From Pocillopora damicornis (Eukaryota): 64,000 bases of DNA. Under the pieces are notes generated by a model. It worked only from the letters and a program-made list of their open reading frames with translations. It was not told where the DNA came from and did not search any database. Location: assembly GCF_003704095.1 (NCBI RefSeq), contig NW_020846346.1, positions 1 to 64,000 on the forward strand, given 5' to 3'. The translations under genes and the position numbers were made by a program. Shown here piece by piece: positions 1-12,086 of this stretch; within the stretch, counting starts at the first letter, position 1, and every line of letters begins with the position of its first letter.

Positions 1-2027
1 TTCCTGTTTATTTGTAGGGAGCTGTGCGTAGGAATTCTTTGTTTTTCCAGTATCTCATTGTCTTTTGGTTGTTCGTTTGTTTCATTTAAATTGAGACTGT
101 TCCTTTAAAATCGATGAACTTCGAATTCATCGGTAACTGCTTGAATAGAGTACATTAATTTAAACGTAACGGGTATCATTAAGTCGACACCAGTTTACAA
201 ATTAAAGCTAAGTTTACCACAATTTAAAGAATCTCGGCCAGGATCAATTGTCTTTATATAAGTAAACCGAAATGTTAAAGCCAAGACATCCGATATGAAA
301 CGTTACTTAAACATGGTTCAAACGTTCATTTGCTGATGTGAATTCCTCAGAGGTGTTTAAGTTAATGCGACAAGTATTCATGATCATGACTTTACTCAGC
401 TTCCTTTCTCAACAGTTAATGAATTCTTGACTGTCACTCGCTTTAGTATTGACTTTAATTGAATCATTTCTATCTTAAAGTTAATTTTGATTTGTTGAAT
501 TTGCCATTTTAACAAAGTTCTATAACTTAATTGTTACTTTTTGCTCCCGTACTAACTTCTCAAATATCACTGCTATGACACTATAGAGTATATACTAAGT
601 TTGACTCCTATAATGGTGAGATAATTCTACCTGTAGTTCTAATTAATTTTCAATGGCTTCACTTCAAACAGCTTTGCTTTGCCCAATTTTTGAAAAAAAT
701 TTTTATTCATTTAAAACAAATGCAAGGGAGCATAATTTGTAACTTCTTCACTCCTATCAGTGTCTTCCCTGTCTGCTTTTTTAACTTGTGGACTTGAAAG
801 TTTGTCAGAGTATAGTAAAGAACAGTATAATTGCTAATGTCTACAAGCCTCTTGTAACTAATCTGAGCTACTTTGATAATTGCTCTCTTTCTTCTGTTTT
901 TATTTCATTGCTAACTCAGGGTAACTTCTTTACTTGAGTGCCAAGTGTTAATTAAACTATTGAATTCAGTCACCATTTGAAGCAATGATTCCAAAAAAAA
1001 TGTTCTCCTCAATTGCAATACAAAATAGTTTCAAAGACCTTGACACTTTGCTGAAAACAAGTGTTAGAAGTTGATGTAATAAATTATGAATTCATTTCTG
1101 CATTCTTGAGTGTAGGTCTGCATGAAGAATACTGAGAAAACCTTACATGTTAATCAATACCTGCCAGCATTATTAACATTAAAATTCTAGTTGCAAACAG
1201 TCAATTTTCAGTAGTATTGGCAGCCAGCTCAGGTTGCAATTTTGCACCTTGTCTCCATGAACTATATTTATACATGTTTTCCTTTTGAATTTTGTGTATG
1301 ACATTTTGTCTTTGTATGCATTTTAAAAGTATACGTATTTGTTTTAACTTTTGTAGAAAACACCTTTCTGAGAATCACCTCATTGTAAGAGAGAACCCTA
1401 TATAGACATAAATATCCAAGAAAGAAGGAAATTATTAACTTTATAAACAGCTGATGCAAATCATCTTCCTTACCATTTTCATCATGTTTTTCATGTCATC
1501 ATCATCTTTATTTTTACGACAGACTAAGAGATGAGAGCCTGTTTTAGTAGCACATCCATGTGTTCAGGAGCAAAAAAAAATGTTACATTATTTTAAAACT
1601 TACTGTCTGAACAACTTACATTTAGTTGTTCATGATGTATGCATATTCAATTGTAAAATGACCGCATTGTTATTCCATGTGATAAATAGATTTGTGTTGT
1701 TGTACATCTGTCCAGCAATAGATCATTGTTGACATCAAAATGTGTGAAGAACAAAAACATGACATAAGGTGCAGTCGAGTGTGCCGTGGATGTGCTTACC
1801 ACATTTTGAAGTAGGAACCCATCAAAGTGTGTGTATAATTCATTTTATCATTGATCCATGTGTGTTTACTTCCCTACAGCTGAGTTCCAGAATATTCTTA
1901 ATTGGGGTTAAGTTCCATTGCAACAGCTGCAGGTGTTCTGATACTTGACTGACTGAAGAGCCACAACTTACAGTGATTTTGGCACAGAACAGTTAATTTT
2001 TCCAACAGCTGGTTGAATTTTTTGCTG

Positions 2028-2111
2028 TCCACCAGATTAATCACCACCCAGTAGATTGCTGTGAACACAATCAGCCACACAATCTACTGGGTCAGTGGTT
2101 TATCTGGTGGA
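2028..2111. repeat. Palindromic repeat (MITE-like hairpin)
   Basis: tccaccagattaatcac-cacccagtagattg...caatctactgggt-gtggtttatctggtgga. Confidence 0.65.
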
Positions 2112-2953
2112 TGGTATTTTTGATTCAATAAAGCAACAGCAAGGACCTGATCGAGAGTTTAATTCAACTACTGCTACCATCTCACAGGAGAAGCAACTTG
2201 AAAAGTGAGTGTTTATCTTGTATGTCTAATTAAGTCTATGTTCTTCAGCTCAGTGGTGTATATTTCTACAGCTCTGATTACATCAATTGCCTTATCTATA
2301 GTGACTCAACCCTTTGATTCATTTTCTGACTTTTATTTTAATTTGAATTAATCATCCAGACACATTAAAAATTATCACCTAGTGCTTTGATAAGAATATG
2401 TTTTAAGAAGTGTGAATTAAATAATAACTGGCTGCCTTTAAGAAAGAACCTCTGTACATTGGGCTTGAGACAAAACCTTCGGTTGATTTTTTTTTATCAT
2501 GTTTTTTGATCTGAGTATCGTATAAGCTTAGTTGTACAAACTGGAGATGTGTCCAGTTTTCTTTGATGTTTGCCATCAGATGTGATCATTCATATCTTTG
2601 AGGGATTTTACATCTATTGGGTAGGAGGTCAAAAAACACAAATCTTTATTTGTATTTGGGCTTTGACATCCACTGAGATTGATTTTGTATTTTTCAGTTA
2701 TTATGACTAATGATTCTTGGTAGATTTCTGCAGTAAAGCAGATTATCTAAGTTTAATATAATTCTGTCCCATAATAAACTAACATTAACTTCTACAGTTG
2801 CATCAATTAAACATTGCTTAAATGGACAGGACTGGAGGCTAGTTATTGTGTCCAGGCTTCATTATGGGAAATTAAATTGCATGGTAATAAGTTGCTGAAT
2901 TTTGGTTTTTAATGTGTTTCTGTATTGTTTTTATTTTCAGGAGCTGATTGGCA

Positions 2954-3270
2954 ATGTCAGAAACTGCAAAAACTGACGAGAGCAGTTCAAAGAACATTTA
3001 TGGTGACCCACCAAAGATTAATATTAGTCTTCCAGAGATAAATGAACTAACCCAGAATTCTAAACCCTCGAAGGATGTTCAACTCCCAATTGACATTCTG
3101 TTGTTAACAGTGAAAGACTGTGAGTTCTTAAGCTGTTACTATTACATTGCTGGTCCATTCAGAAGCTATTTTAAAGGGATTGGTCATGTATACTTTGGGA
3201 GCATTGGTGGAGACCAGGATGTTAAACTGAAAGTTGCTTTGATGAAATGCTCAGAGGGTTCTAAAGTTCC
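2954..3270 (+). CDS. PNP_UDP_1 / MTA-SAH nucleosidase-like domain protein, copy A, N-terminal part (cut by gap)
   Basis: Acceptor ttttcag ends at 2940. An in-frame TGA precedes the ATG at 2954. Translation contains LPIDILLLTVKDCEFLSCY...VYFGSIG...KVALMKCSEGS, a close paralogue of the 4733-4040 exon. Runs into the gap at 3271. Confidence 0.8.
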
Positions 3271-3370
3271 NNNNNNNNNNNNNNNNNNNNNNNNNNNNNN
3301 NNNNNNNNNNNNNNNNNNNNNNNNNNNNNNNNNNNNNNNNNNNNNNNNNNNNNNNNNNNNNNNNNNNNNN

Positions 3371-4733
3371 AAGCTGCTGTTACACTTGCAAATGTTTGCC
3401 AGTTTTCGTTTGCTTCAGTTCCATCTGCATACCCTGAAATACCCCTGATAACGACCCATTCCATTTTCAGATCACGTGCTGCGCTGAAAACTCCTGAGAC
3501 AAAAAAAAACAAGCTTTTAAGAATAAAACAACAAATTTTCTCCAACATCTACTGATTTTAACCATTGTTATCATGTTACCATTGTTATCAAAAATTTGTA
3601 AGGAACTAGAGATATATTTTGGAAAGTTATGTATACTAAATACCAAGCTAGTCCCTGTAGCACGAGCTTCTCCCAAGGCTCATACCATTCAGACACTAAG
3701 ACTGTACCCTTACTCCCTCCACATGTATATGAAATAGTGGACAGTTCATCAGTAGCCATCTATACTCCTGGGTGTAGAGACACACTGTGAGAGTAAAGCC
3801 TCCCAGCCAAGACTACAACACAATCCCATTAGCCCAGGGCTTAAACCCAGACCTCTTGATCTGAAGTCCAGTATGTTCACACACAGCCAGTGCATCTCTC
3901 GACACTGGCAGAAAAGTTTACCCAACACAACTGATATCATATAGGTATCAATTCTCTCTCCCTAGATTCAAATATACCCAAATATCTCTTTGAGCAGATT
4001 TTAAAGTAACAGTTACTTAAAAGGAAAAGGAGACCTTACCCTCTCCTTCTGTCTCAATTGCAATTGCTTCAGGAAATGACTTCACTAGTTCATCTCGTCG
4101 CCACTCAGCTTGTACGAGCTCTGAACCACTCAAAACCTCACCACAGTGGACTTCAACCTTCCTTTCTTTAGGATTTTCTAGGGGTGGATTCCAACCATGA
4201 CCTGCACATTCGATGAGTTCAGCGATGTCTCTGCTTACAGGAGTTATGAACCCACGAAATTTCTTGCCATCCTTTGCAACCTTCTGATAGGAATAAGTTG
4301 TGAGCTTTTTTGATACAACCACATCCCCCAGCTTTGTTGATTCCTGATTCATGCCACTACAGTGGCCTACAGAAAAGACAGCTTTTGGCCTCAGCTGAGT
4401 GACAGCATTTTTTACAACGATCAAAGCACCACCAGGAACGTTAGAACCCTCTGAGCATTTCATCAAAGCAACTTTCAGTTTGACATCTTTATCTTCACCA
4501 ATGCTGCCAAAGTATACTAAACCAAGCCCTTTCAGATAGCTTTTGGTTAGATCATTAATGTAATAGTAGCAACTTAAAAACTCAACGTCTTTCACTGTTA
4601 ACAACAGAATGTCAATTGGGAGTTGAACCTCCCTCCAACGTTTTTTCGACTGGGTAAGCTCACTTAACTTTGGAAGATTAACACTGATCTTTGGTGGATC
4701 ACCATGAGTGTTCCTGCGAGTGCTTGCTTCCAT
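3371..4733 (-). CDS. PNP_UDP_1 / MTA-SAH nucleosidase-like domain protein, copy B (exons 4733-4040 and 3493-3371; probably continues in 6945-7051 and 8028-8308)
   Basis: Family motifs LLLTVKDVE, LRPKAVFSVGHCSG, KLGDVVVS, HCGEVLSG, AIAIETEGEG and WVVIRGISGYADG. GT-AG phase-1 intron 4039-3494. ATG at 4733 with an upstream in-frame stop. Confidence 0.88.
3745..3890 (-). mobile_element. tRNA-derived SINE fragment in the PNP intron (related pieces at about 22630-22715, 43610-43800, 56620-56850)
   Basis: Minus strand reads tggctgtgtgtgaacatactggacttcagatcaagaggtctgggtttaagccctgg (degenerate A/B box tRNA head) followed by ttgtgttg..cttgg..tttactctcacagtg. Confidence 0.6.
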
Positions 4734-4764
4734 TCTAACTTGTAACGATGCCAATCAGCTTCTG

Positions 4765-5696
4765 TAAAAGAAACAATACAGAGCAATTGATAAGATACTT
4801 TGAACACTTGAAGCCATTCCATAGAACATACACTAAGATTGTTGTCGAGCTGTACATGTTGGTTGCTGATCTGAAGGAAAAGTACAATTTGAAATAAAAA
4901 AGGGAGGTACCATGCTCTTTTATGAGCAGCAATACCTTCTAGATATATATATCATATATTTGTTAAATTGGTATTTCTGAAATGTTCCTTTCCCTGCACT
5001 AAGAATTGGTTTATAATTGTTTGACAGAAAGAAAATAATTTCCCAATTCCAAGAAAGAGAAATAATGGTACACAGGAGGTCTTTAAGCTCATTTGCAAGA
5101 AAATGAAAATTTAATTTTAATTTTCTGGTGAGCTCCGATTGAGAAAAAAAGGCACCATTTTTACGAAGCATGCACCATAGTCACATGTGAAGTTATACAC
5201 AGTGAGGATGTTTATGCAATACTAACGAATGACAATTGAATTTACAATCTCTTTGCCGGGACACAATAATTAGCCTCCAGAATATTATACTGTCCATTGA
5301 ATCAAGGTTTAAGACAACTGCAGAAATCGATTTATTTCGGTATATAAGTAGCATTTATTTACTTCTGGAAAGAAAATTTTGAAGATAATGGCCATAAATC
5401 ATATGCATATGCACCTTCCATTACATAGAAAACTAAAAATACACATCATGTGAGTAGAATGTGAAATTGCAACCAGCTGGCTGTGAACCCTTCCAAAACT
5501 TCATATAAGTCACATAAATCCCCCACATAATTACATATCCAACATATACTGTATGTCACACGTCCCATAAATGTCACATGTATGTGCAATCACGTCAGAA
5601 TCTTTACATGTATGTCACATAAATGCAATATTTATCATATATACACATAAATATATAACAGACACATAAGTGTCACACATATGTAACAGACATGTA
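4765..5696. repeat. Segmental-duplication block U1 (upstream flank of PNP genes), copy 1
   Basis: Aligns by eye with 9771-10173 and about 12087-13070; shared strings include tatgagcagca, gaattggtttata and catatgcatatgcacctt. Confidence 0.8.
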
Positions 5697-6944
5697 NNNN
5701 NNNNNNNNNNNNNNNNNNNNNNNNNNNNNNNNNNNNNNNNNNNNNNNNNNNNNNNNNNNNNNNNNNNNNNNNNNNNNNNNNNNNNNNNNNNNNNNNGAAA
5801 CAATCTGTTGATAAACCACCAAGCTACCGATCATTTAATCGATCGATCGATCCGGTGCGACAATCTAGAGATACAATATGTAACGTAACTTATGGAAAAA
5901 TGCTTGAAGCGCGTAATCTTTACTACTAATTATCAAGTACAATGATCCGATTGGTGAATCTAATAGCTTTGAATTACAAAAAAGAAAAGGCTTAACAGAT
6001 GCTTTTGACTCTAAGAAAACTTCACGGCTGATAAAGATATGACTTTCAGATATTCTTAACCATTTATTAAAGAAACAGTTAATAAAAGTTATTGCAGGCG
6101 CAGTGGTAACTTATCTGGGGTCATGGGCTCCACGCCTGTGTTAAGAACAAAAGAAGAAGAAGAAGCTATCAACGCTGTGGGCGATCAAATCTTTTTGAAA
6201 ATGCGATCCTGGAGGGAAACTCCTACTCTTTTCATAGCTTAGAAGGTATAGCTCTGATGATTGGCCTTCAGTAATGTCAGCTGAATGTTCATCTTTATGA
6301 ATTTACCCAATCATTTCCACAATCGAATACGGTGAAACCTGTATCGGTGTTCATTTTCTTAAGGTTAATTCATTGCTGAACCTTAAATAGAACGAGGTGA
6401 GTAATCTGGAACCTATTGATTGAGGTAAACATACCTTAATGCAAGTTACTTTAAAAGAAAAACTGCGAGAAAATTCAGGACTTGCGTCAGGGTCCACTCT
6501 AGACAGGGTATCATTTGTGACTAGCCTTTGGAGGAAAACGCCTCATAAAAGAATGCGAACATCATTTCAAGCCGAAGCTCTCAAAGTTTATTATAAAGGG
6601 CTACCTTGAATTGAAAAAGAAATTCCTAGCCAATATGAAGGATGAAATTCTAGATTTTTCCTTTACCTTCTTTTAACCTCAACAGCTGCCAGATGCCCCT
6701 GACACATTCAAACGTTTGATCACGACCTCGCACGTATAGGAGTCCAGTGCCACTGCCATTGCCTTATCTGTTTCTTCGGGACTAAAGGGTGAAAGCCTTT
6801 AAGCACTGGAAAACAGTGAGACATGAAAAACTTTGAAGGAAGCANNNNNNNNNNNNNNNNNNNNNNNNNNNNNNNNNNNNNNNNNNNNNNNNNNNNNNNN
6901 NNNNNNNNNNNNNNNNNNNNNNNNNNNNNNNNNNNNNNNNNNNN

Positions 6945-7051
6945 TGAAGCAAACGAAAACTGGCAAACATTTGCAAGTGTAACAGCAGCTTCTTTTGTTG
7001 TCAGCATTCTAAACCAATGCAATGACTTTGAAGATTGGCCACATTACCAAG
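6945..7051 (+). CDS. 3' part of the PNP-domain C-terminal exon
   Basis: EANENWQTFASVTAASFVVSILNQCNDFEDWPHYQ-G|gtgaac (phase-1 donor). The first 47 nt are the exact reverse complement of 3371-3417. Confidence 0.8.
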
Positions 7052-7387
7052 GTGAACAGATCAACTTTTATCTTTCATAGGCCTACAGTATATTTGCTTG
7101 CAGTCACTAACTAGTCATGTATGCTTTTTTAGTTTTGTTTTCAATAAATGTGCTGCAACCGAATTGCCAAAACTGAATCAAAAACATGGTCAATGACCTA
7201 TGATCATGCGCTGATCAATGACTGCAGCTCTTGGATCAGAAATGTTACCTGGTTGTTGACGTCAATTCAACATACAGGAGTTCTATAAAAATGGGTGGAT
7301 CTAGCAAAATGGCATGAATAGCTGCGATACGCACCACTCGCTATCCCCTCATCTTGATGTTTTGCTGTGATGTCTTTATGTTTTTAG

Positions 7388-7491
7388 TCAAGGAAGAAGT
7401 TTTCAGTGACGAAGATTTAGAGTGGCCTTACCTAAGTTGCTTATTGTATGGAAAATATTTTTTTCAAGCTTTTCGCTCGATTGCAAAGTAG
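7388..7491 (+). pseudogene. Truncated death-domain exon copy (possible alternative terminal exon)
   Basis: Intact acceptor tttttag, then (V)KEEVFSDEDLEW matching the start of the DD exons. Homology stops at about 7426 and the frame ends at TAG 7489-7491. Confidence 0.6.
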
Positions 7492-8027
7492 AGATATAAA
7501 TAGTGGGACATCAAATCTGTTTACCTGGCGATGACAATTTTTCTGCCTGGCAGAAGAAAAGGAACAAGAAATCTTCTGTTCGCATATGTGGACGTGCATA
7601 TTTCGTGTAAAATGATGCACAATAGGGACGCATAATGCAATGGCACGAATTGTCCTTGAAACAAACTCCTCAGGAGACGTTTCATTAGGAAAGGAAAAAG
7701 CTCCATTGCTACAATGAATCTGTTGGCTAAAAAGATCTGGTCTAATGATTTGTTTATATTTGTTATCATGCAGATGGTCGAAATAAAGAATCGTCTCCGC
7801 GTGACGCTTTAACTCCAAAGAAAGGAAAAACTCGTTTAACAGGTAAAATAAGGACATATCTATAAGCGTGCCCGTTAACCCCCACCTCCCAACCCCATCT
7901 TCCCGCCCCCTGCCTTTGTAAAATAAAAGTGAGGGGATCCAGCAAAAGGGAAAAAAAATAGTTGCCATACGTACTACTCGCTATCTCCTCATCTTAATGC
8001 TTTTCTGTGATGTCTTTATGCTTTTAG

Positions 8028-8308
8028 TCGAGCAAGGAGTTCCCAGTGACGAAGATTTAGAGTGGCTTTCGCACCAACTCGAAAATTGGGAGGAACTCGG
8101 GCGTCGTCTCGAAATTGAGGAAGCAACTTTAACGGCGTTTGACGATGACTATAAGAAAAAGCGTAAAAAAATCTACAAAATGTTACTACATTGGAAACAG
8201 AAGGATGGCTCAGCTGCAACATACAAGGTCTTACATGATGCATTGTGTCATGAATTTGTTAAGCGCACAGATTTAGCTGAGAAACTTTGCTGTCAACAGC
8301 ATGAATGA
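8028..8308 (+). CDS. Death domain terminal exon (phase 1), likely C-terminus of a PNP-DD protein
   Basis: cttttag acceptor. (V)EQGVPSDEDLEWLSHQLENWEELGRRLEIEEATL...KIYKMLLHWKQKDGSAATYKVLHDALCH...RTDLAEK* has the classic DD pattern W..LGR.L / ML..W / AT...L..AL. Confidence 0.88.
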
Positions 8309-8888
8309 CNNNNNNNNNNNNNNNNNNNNNNNNNNNNNNNNNNNNNNNNNNNNNNNNNNNNNNNNNNNNNNNNNNNNNNNNNNNNNNNNNNNNNNNNNNN
8401 NNNNNNNNNTTTGTGATCAGCTTTTTAATATCACTACAAGTGAACTCTTCAAAATAACTTCGTTTTTCTCACATTTACAATAAGAAAGATAAAAAAGTGA
8501 AACTCTGGAGCTGGCTTTTTCCCGCTGTTTTGGTTTCTTTTCGACGGAAATGATCGGGTTACAAATATGGACGTAAATGGTGGTTTTGTCCGGTGATTTT
8601 GTACCGCGTGACGTCAAGTAGTCAATAGAGTTGCACGAAAAGTTATGGATGGGTCTTAACTAGCAATATTCTTTAACACTTAACGTTTTTCATTAAAAGA
8701 ATAGAAAGATGCATGTGTGTAAGAGACAGAAAAACGATCCCGTGAGGAAAAGGAAGATAACTGATTTAGTAATTCACATGGTAATAGTGTAACCATACTG
8801 GGGATGCTTGTTCATTTGGCAGTGGAATAATTAGTAAAAATAGAGATAAAAGCTGTCTGTGAGTCAATAAAATAAAAATTCACTCATG

Positions 8889-9160
8889 CTATTGACGGCA
8901 AAGTTTCTCAGCTAAATCTGCGCGATTAACAAACTGATGACACAGTGCATCATGTAGGACCATGTATGTTGCATCTGAGCCATCCTTCTGTTTCCAATGT
9001 TGTAACATTTTGTAGATTTTTTTACGCTTTCTCCCATAGTCATCGTCAAACGCCGTTAATGTTGCCTGCTCAATTTTGAGATGACGCCCGAGTTCCTCCC
9101 AATTTTCGAGTTGGTGCGAAAGCCACTCTAATTCTTCGTCACTGGGAACTCCTTGCTTGA
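8889..9160 (-). CDS. Death domain terminal exon, paralogue (stop 3 codons early)
   Basis: Same acceptor and phase as the other DD exons. KQGVPSDEELEWLSHQLENWEELGRHLKI...RADLAEKLCRQ*, with CAG>TAG relative to the QQHE* end of the other copies. Confidence 0.75.
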
Positions 9161-9374
9161 CTAAAAACATAAAAACATCAGAGAAAAGCATCAAGATGAG
9201 GGGATAGCGAGTAGTACGTGTTGCATCTATTCATGCCATTCTGCTGGATCCATGCATTCTTAGTTTATAAAGGCAGGGGGCGGGAAGATGAGGTTGAAGG
9301 TGCAAGATCATTGAATTGCAAGATTAGTGATATATAACCAGTGATAAATTGGGGTAAATTCGAATATGCCCCAG

Positions 9375-9767
9375 GTTGCTCAGCTAAAACTGTGTCATTA
9401 GCCAATGGGTGACACAGTGCATCATGTAGGACCGTGTATGTTGCAGCTGAGCCATTCCTCTCTCTCCAATCTCTCTCTCCGATGTAGTAACATTTTGAAA
9501 ATTTTTTCAGAGTATTCCACATTTTTATCGTCAAACGCCGTTAATCTTGCTTCCTCAATTTTGAGAAGATGCCCGAATGTCTTCCATTTTTCGAGTCGGT
9601 GCGAAAGCCACTCTAAATCGTCTTCACTAGGAACTTGGCTCCTATTTTTAAATAACGGGCAACACTCACTTATCTTTGGAAGATTAATATTGATATTTAG
9701 TGGATTACCTCGAATGTCTCTGAAAGTGCTTGCTGCCATTCTAACTTATAACAATGCCAATCCGCTT
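9375..9767 (-). pseudogene. Chimeric exon: N-terminal ~25 codons of the PNP exon fused to a frameshifted death domain
   Basis: Acceptor and MAASTFRDIRGNPLNININLPKISE are homologous to the start of PNP copy B. They run directly into SQVPSEDDLEWLSHRLEKW. A 13-nt duplication near 9458-9483 shifts the frame, and the DD resumes as WRERNGSAATYTVLHDALCH. Confidence 0.75.
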
Positions 9768-9770
9768 CTG

Positions 9771-12060
9771 TAAAAGAAAAAAATACAGAGCAATTGATAA
9801 AATACATTGAAGACTCAAAGCCCTTCCGTAAAACACACACTGAGATTGTTGTCAAACTGTACATGTTGGCTGTAGATCTTAAGTGAAAGTAAAATTTGAA
9901 ATGAAAAATGGGAGGTCCTATGCTCTTTTATGAGCAGCAGGACCTTCTAGATATCCATATTATTCCTATGATATCATGACAATTACATTTGTGCGAATTT
10001 GTAGATTAGCATTTCTGAAATTTTTACCTTTCCCTATACCAAGAATTGGTTTATAGTTGTTTGACAGAAAGAAAATAATTTCCCAGTTCCAAGAAAGAGA
10101 AAAATGTTAGTTATCCAAGCTCATTTGCGAGAAAATGACAATTTACCTCTCTGGTGAGCTCCGATGGAGAAAAANNNNNNNNNNNNNNNNNNNNNNNNNN
10201 NNNNNNNNNNNNNNNNNNNNNNNNNNNNNNNNNNNNNNNNNNNNNNNNNNNNNNNNNNNNNNNNNNNNNNNNNNATTTATCATAGAAATATAGAACAGAT
10301 ACACAAGTGTCACACATACATAACATATATGTAGTTCTGGTGAGGGGATAAAGGAACTTAATGACTTCCTCTCTGCTTTAACATAGCTTGGTTGTCAAAA
10401 AATTTGCGGATCAGCTTCGAAAAGATAAAACCATGCACCTCAGTCCTCGTTTAAGACATTTTAAGTTCCTCAGAGGGGCGATTCGATTTGAGTCACACAG
10501 CGGTTGGTCACTAGGTATAATATTTTTCTAAATGATGACTAGAGGCCGTGCGAACGAAAATAACGATAGTGCGTACGATGCAAGAAGAAAAATAACACTT
10601 GGGATTGGACTCATTGTGTCGTTTGATCACGAAATTTGCACGTAACTGATCAGAGTAAATATAAGATATCGCCAGACCTAACGAACAATCAATCGACGAA
10701 TAAACGTGACCCAAACTTCAATATCTTCGCTTTAACAATCGCAACTTGTGGCTTAACTTATTCGAAATAGAGTTGACCAACGAAAATCCAAAGAAACAAA
10801 TTCAAAATCAAGGGAACGAGAAGAAGAGTATGACAATAAGTCACAGTTTATGTCTGAGTCTGAACATCTCCCACCTATCGATCGAACCGAGTGGAACTCG
10901 ATTGTTTGGATGAAAACAAGTATGTACGATGAAAAATGTGCGCCTGTGATACGTTAAATTTTATTATGATGAAGTTCGGTTATAACGCTCGCTGCCAGTG
11001 GTTGAAAGAGAGTGCTCTATTAGAGTACAAAGCATAAAGCTGAGCTAAAGCTGTCACGTCATCTGTTAAATTGTACTATGCTCGACCTTTTCCGGGACTT
11101 CTCTCTAGTTTTTTTCGTTAATTGGAAGAAAAATTTCGGAACAAGTAAGCTGGCAAGTAGCAACAGAAGAACCAAGCAAGGGTTTGTAAACATGCTAAGC
11201 GCCGTAATTTACGTTACTATAGCATGAGCAGAGACGAAAATCCAAAGACAAAACGAAATGGACGGTCCGAATATTGAAGGTTTTCACGCTCNNNNNNNNN
11301 NNNNNNNNNNNNNNNNNNNNNNNNNNNNNNNNNNNNNNNNNNNNNNNNNNNNNNNNNNNNNNNNNNNNNNNNNNNNNNNNNNNNNNNNNNNTGTTCCAAA
11401 TGTGCTCTTCTGCGACAAATCTCAATGATGCATATCTTCTCAATTGTTTTTTATTTCTTCACTTTCCTTCCCTTTATGCAAAATTATTGATATTTCAATG
11501 AGAAATGTCTATTGATAAGGCGAAAAATAGCAAAGGGAGACATGACCTGTCACAATAAACCACATTTTTGTTTTCTTAGAGCAAATGTCATCAAAATGGT
11601 GATGCAGTCTGGCATATGGCCTTTTGAAGCGAAAAATAATATTTGCAGCCTTACTAATTTTTTTCTTTTTACAGAAAATCTGTTACCTAGGGACGTTGAT
11701 ATTGAGGTATGTATTTCATAGAAATATTATTTATAGTCATTTCTGTGATATACTGACAGACATCTGATATGGTACAGGCTGTGTAGAATCCATGTAAAAT
11801 GCTACCGACCCTTACTGTCAATAATGATATAATTGTAAACATGTCACATCATATCATGATCAGTGCAGGATAATAGTCTACTCCGGTGAAGTGTAAGAAA
11901 CTTGTATGTATAACTTCGTGAAGGTATTTTCTTTGGGGATCAAAGTTTTAATATGATATTTGCCAAGGTTTTTTTTAATCTATAGATTTTCTCCTTGCTT
12001 GGTGCATTTTCAAAGGCTGATACTTCTACAGAGGCTTCCCAAAAGGGTTCTTTAATCCCG
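9771..12060. repeat. Segmental-duplication blocks U1+U2, copy 2 (two gaps inside)
   Basis: 10274-11291 matches about 13010-13770. 11392-12060 matches about 32388-33040 and partly 15613-15770. Confidence 0.8.
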
Positions 12061-12086
12061 CGGTCCCTGCTAAAATTTTCTCTCAA

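Noticed and set aside
2028-2111. Hairpin as a miRNA precursor
   Set aside because: Looks like a common palindromic interspersed repeat; no expression evidence.
3745-3890. tRNA gene
   Set aside because: Degenerate boxes, no cloverleaf, and followed by a SINE body.
4040-4733. Bacterial contamination or recent horizontal transfer of a nucleosidase
   Set aside because: The gene has spliceosomal introns, a host SINE in its intron, host-like composition and local paralogues.
5500-5696. TGTCACA/CATATG-rich quasi-repeat (also 12910-13070) as a CRISPR-like array
   Set aside because: Low-complexity degenerate repeat with no constant repeat-spacer period, in a eukaryotic context.
5797-6844. Gap-bounded contig as a coding region
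   Set aside because: No interpretable ORF or homology to the rest of the window; placement is uncertain.
7441-7968. 175-aa minus-strand ORF
   Set aside because: Lies in the intron upstream of the DD exon; the paralogous copy (19690-20160) does not keep the frame.
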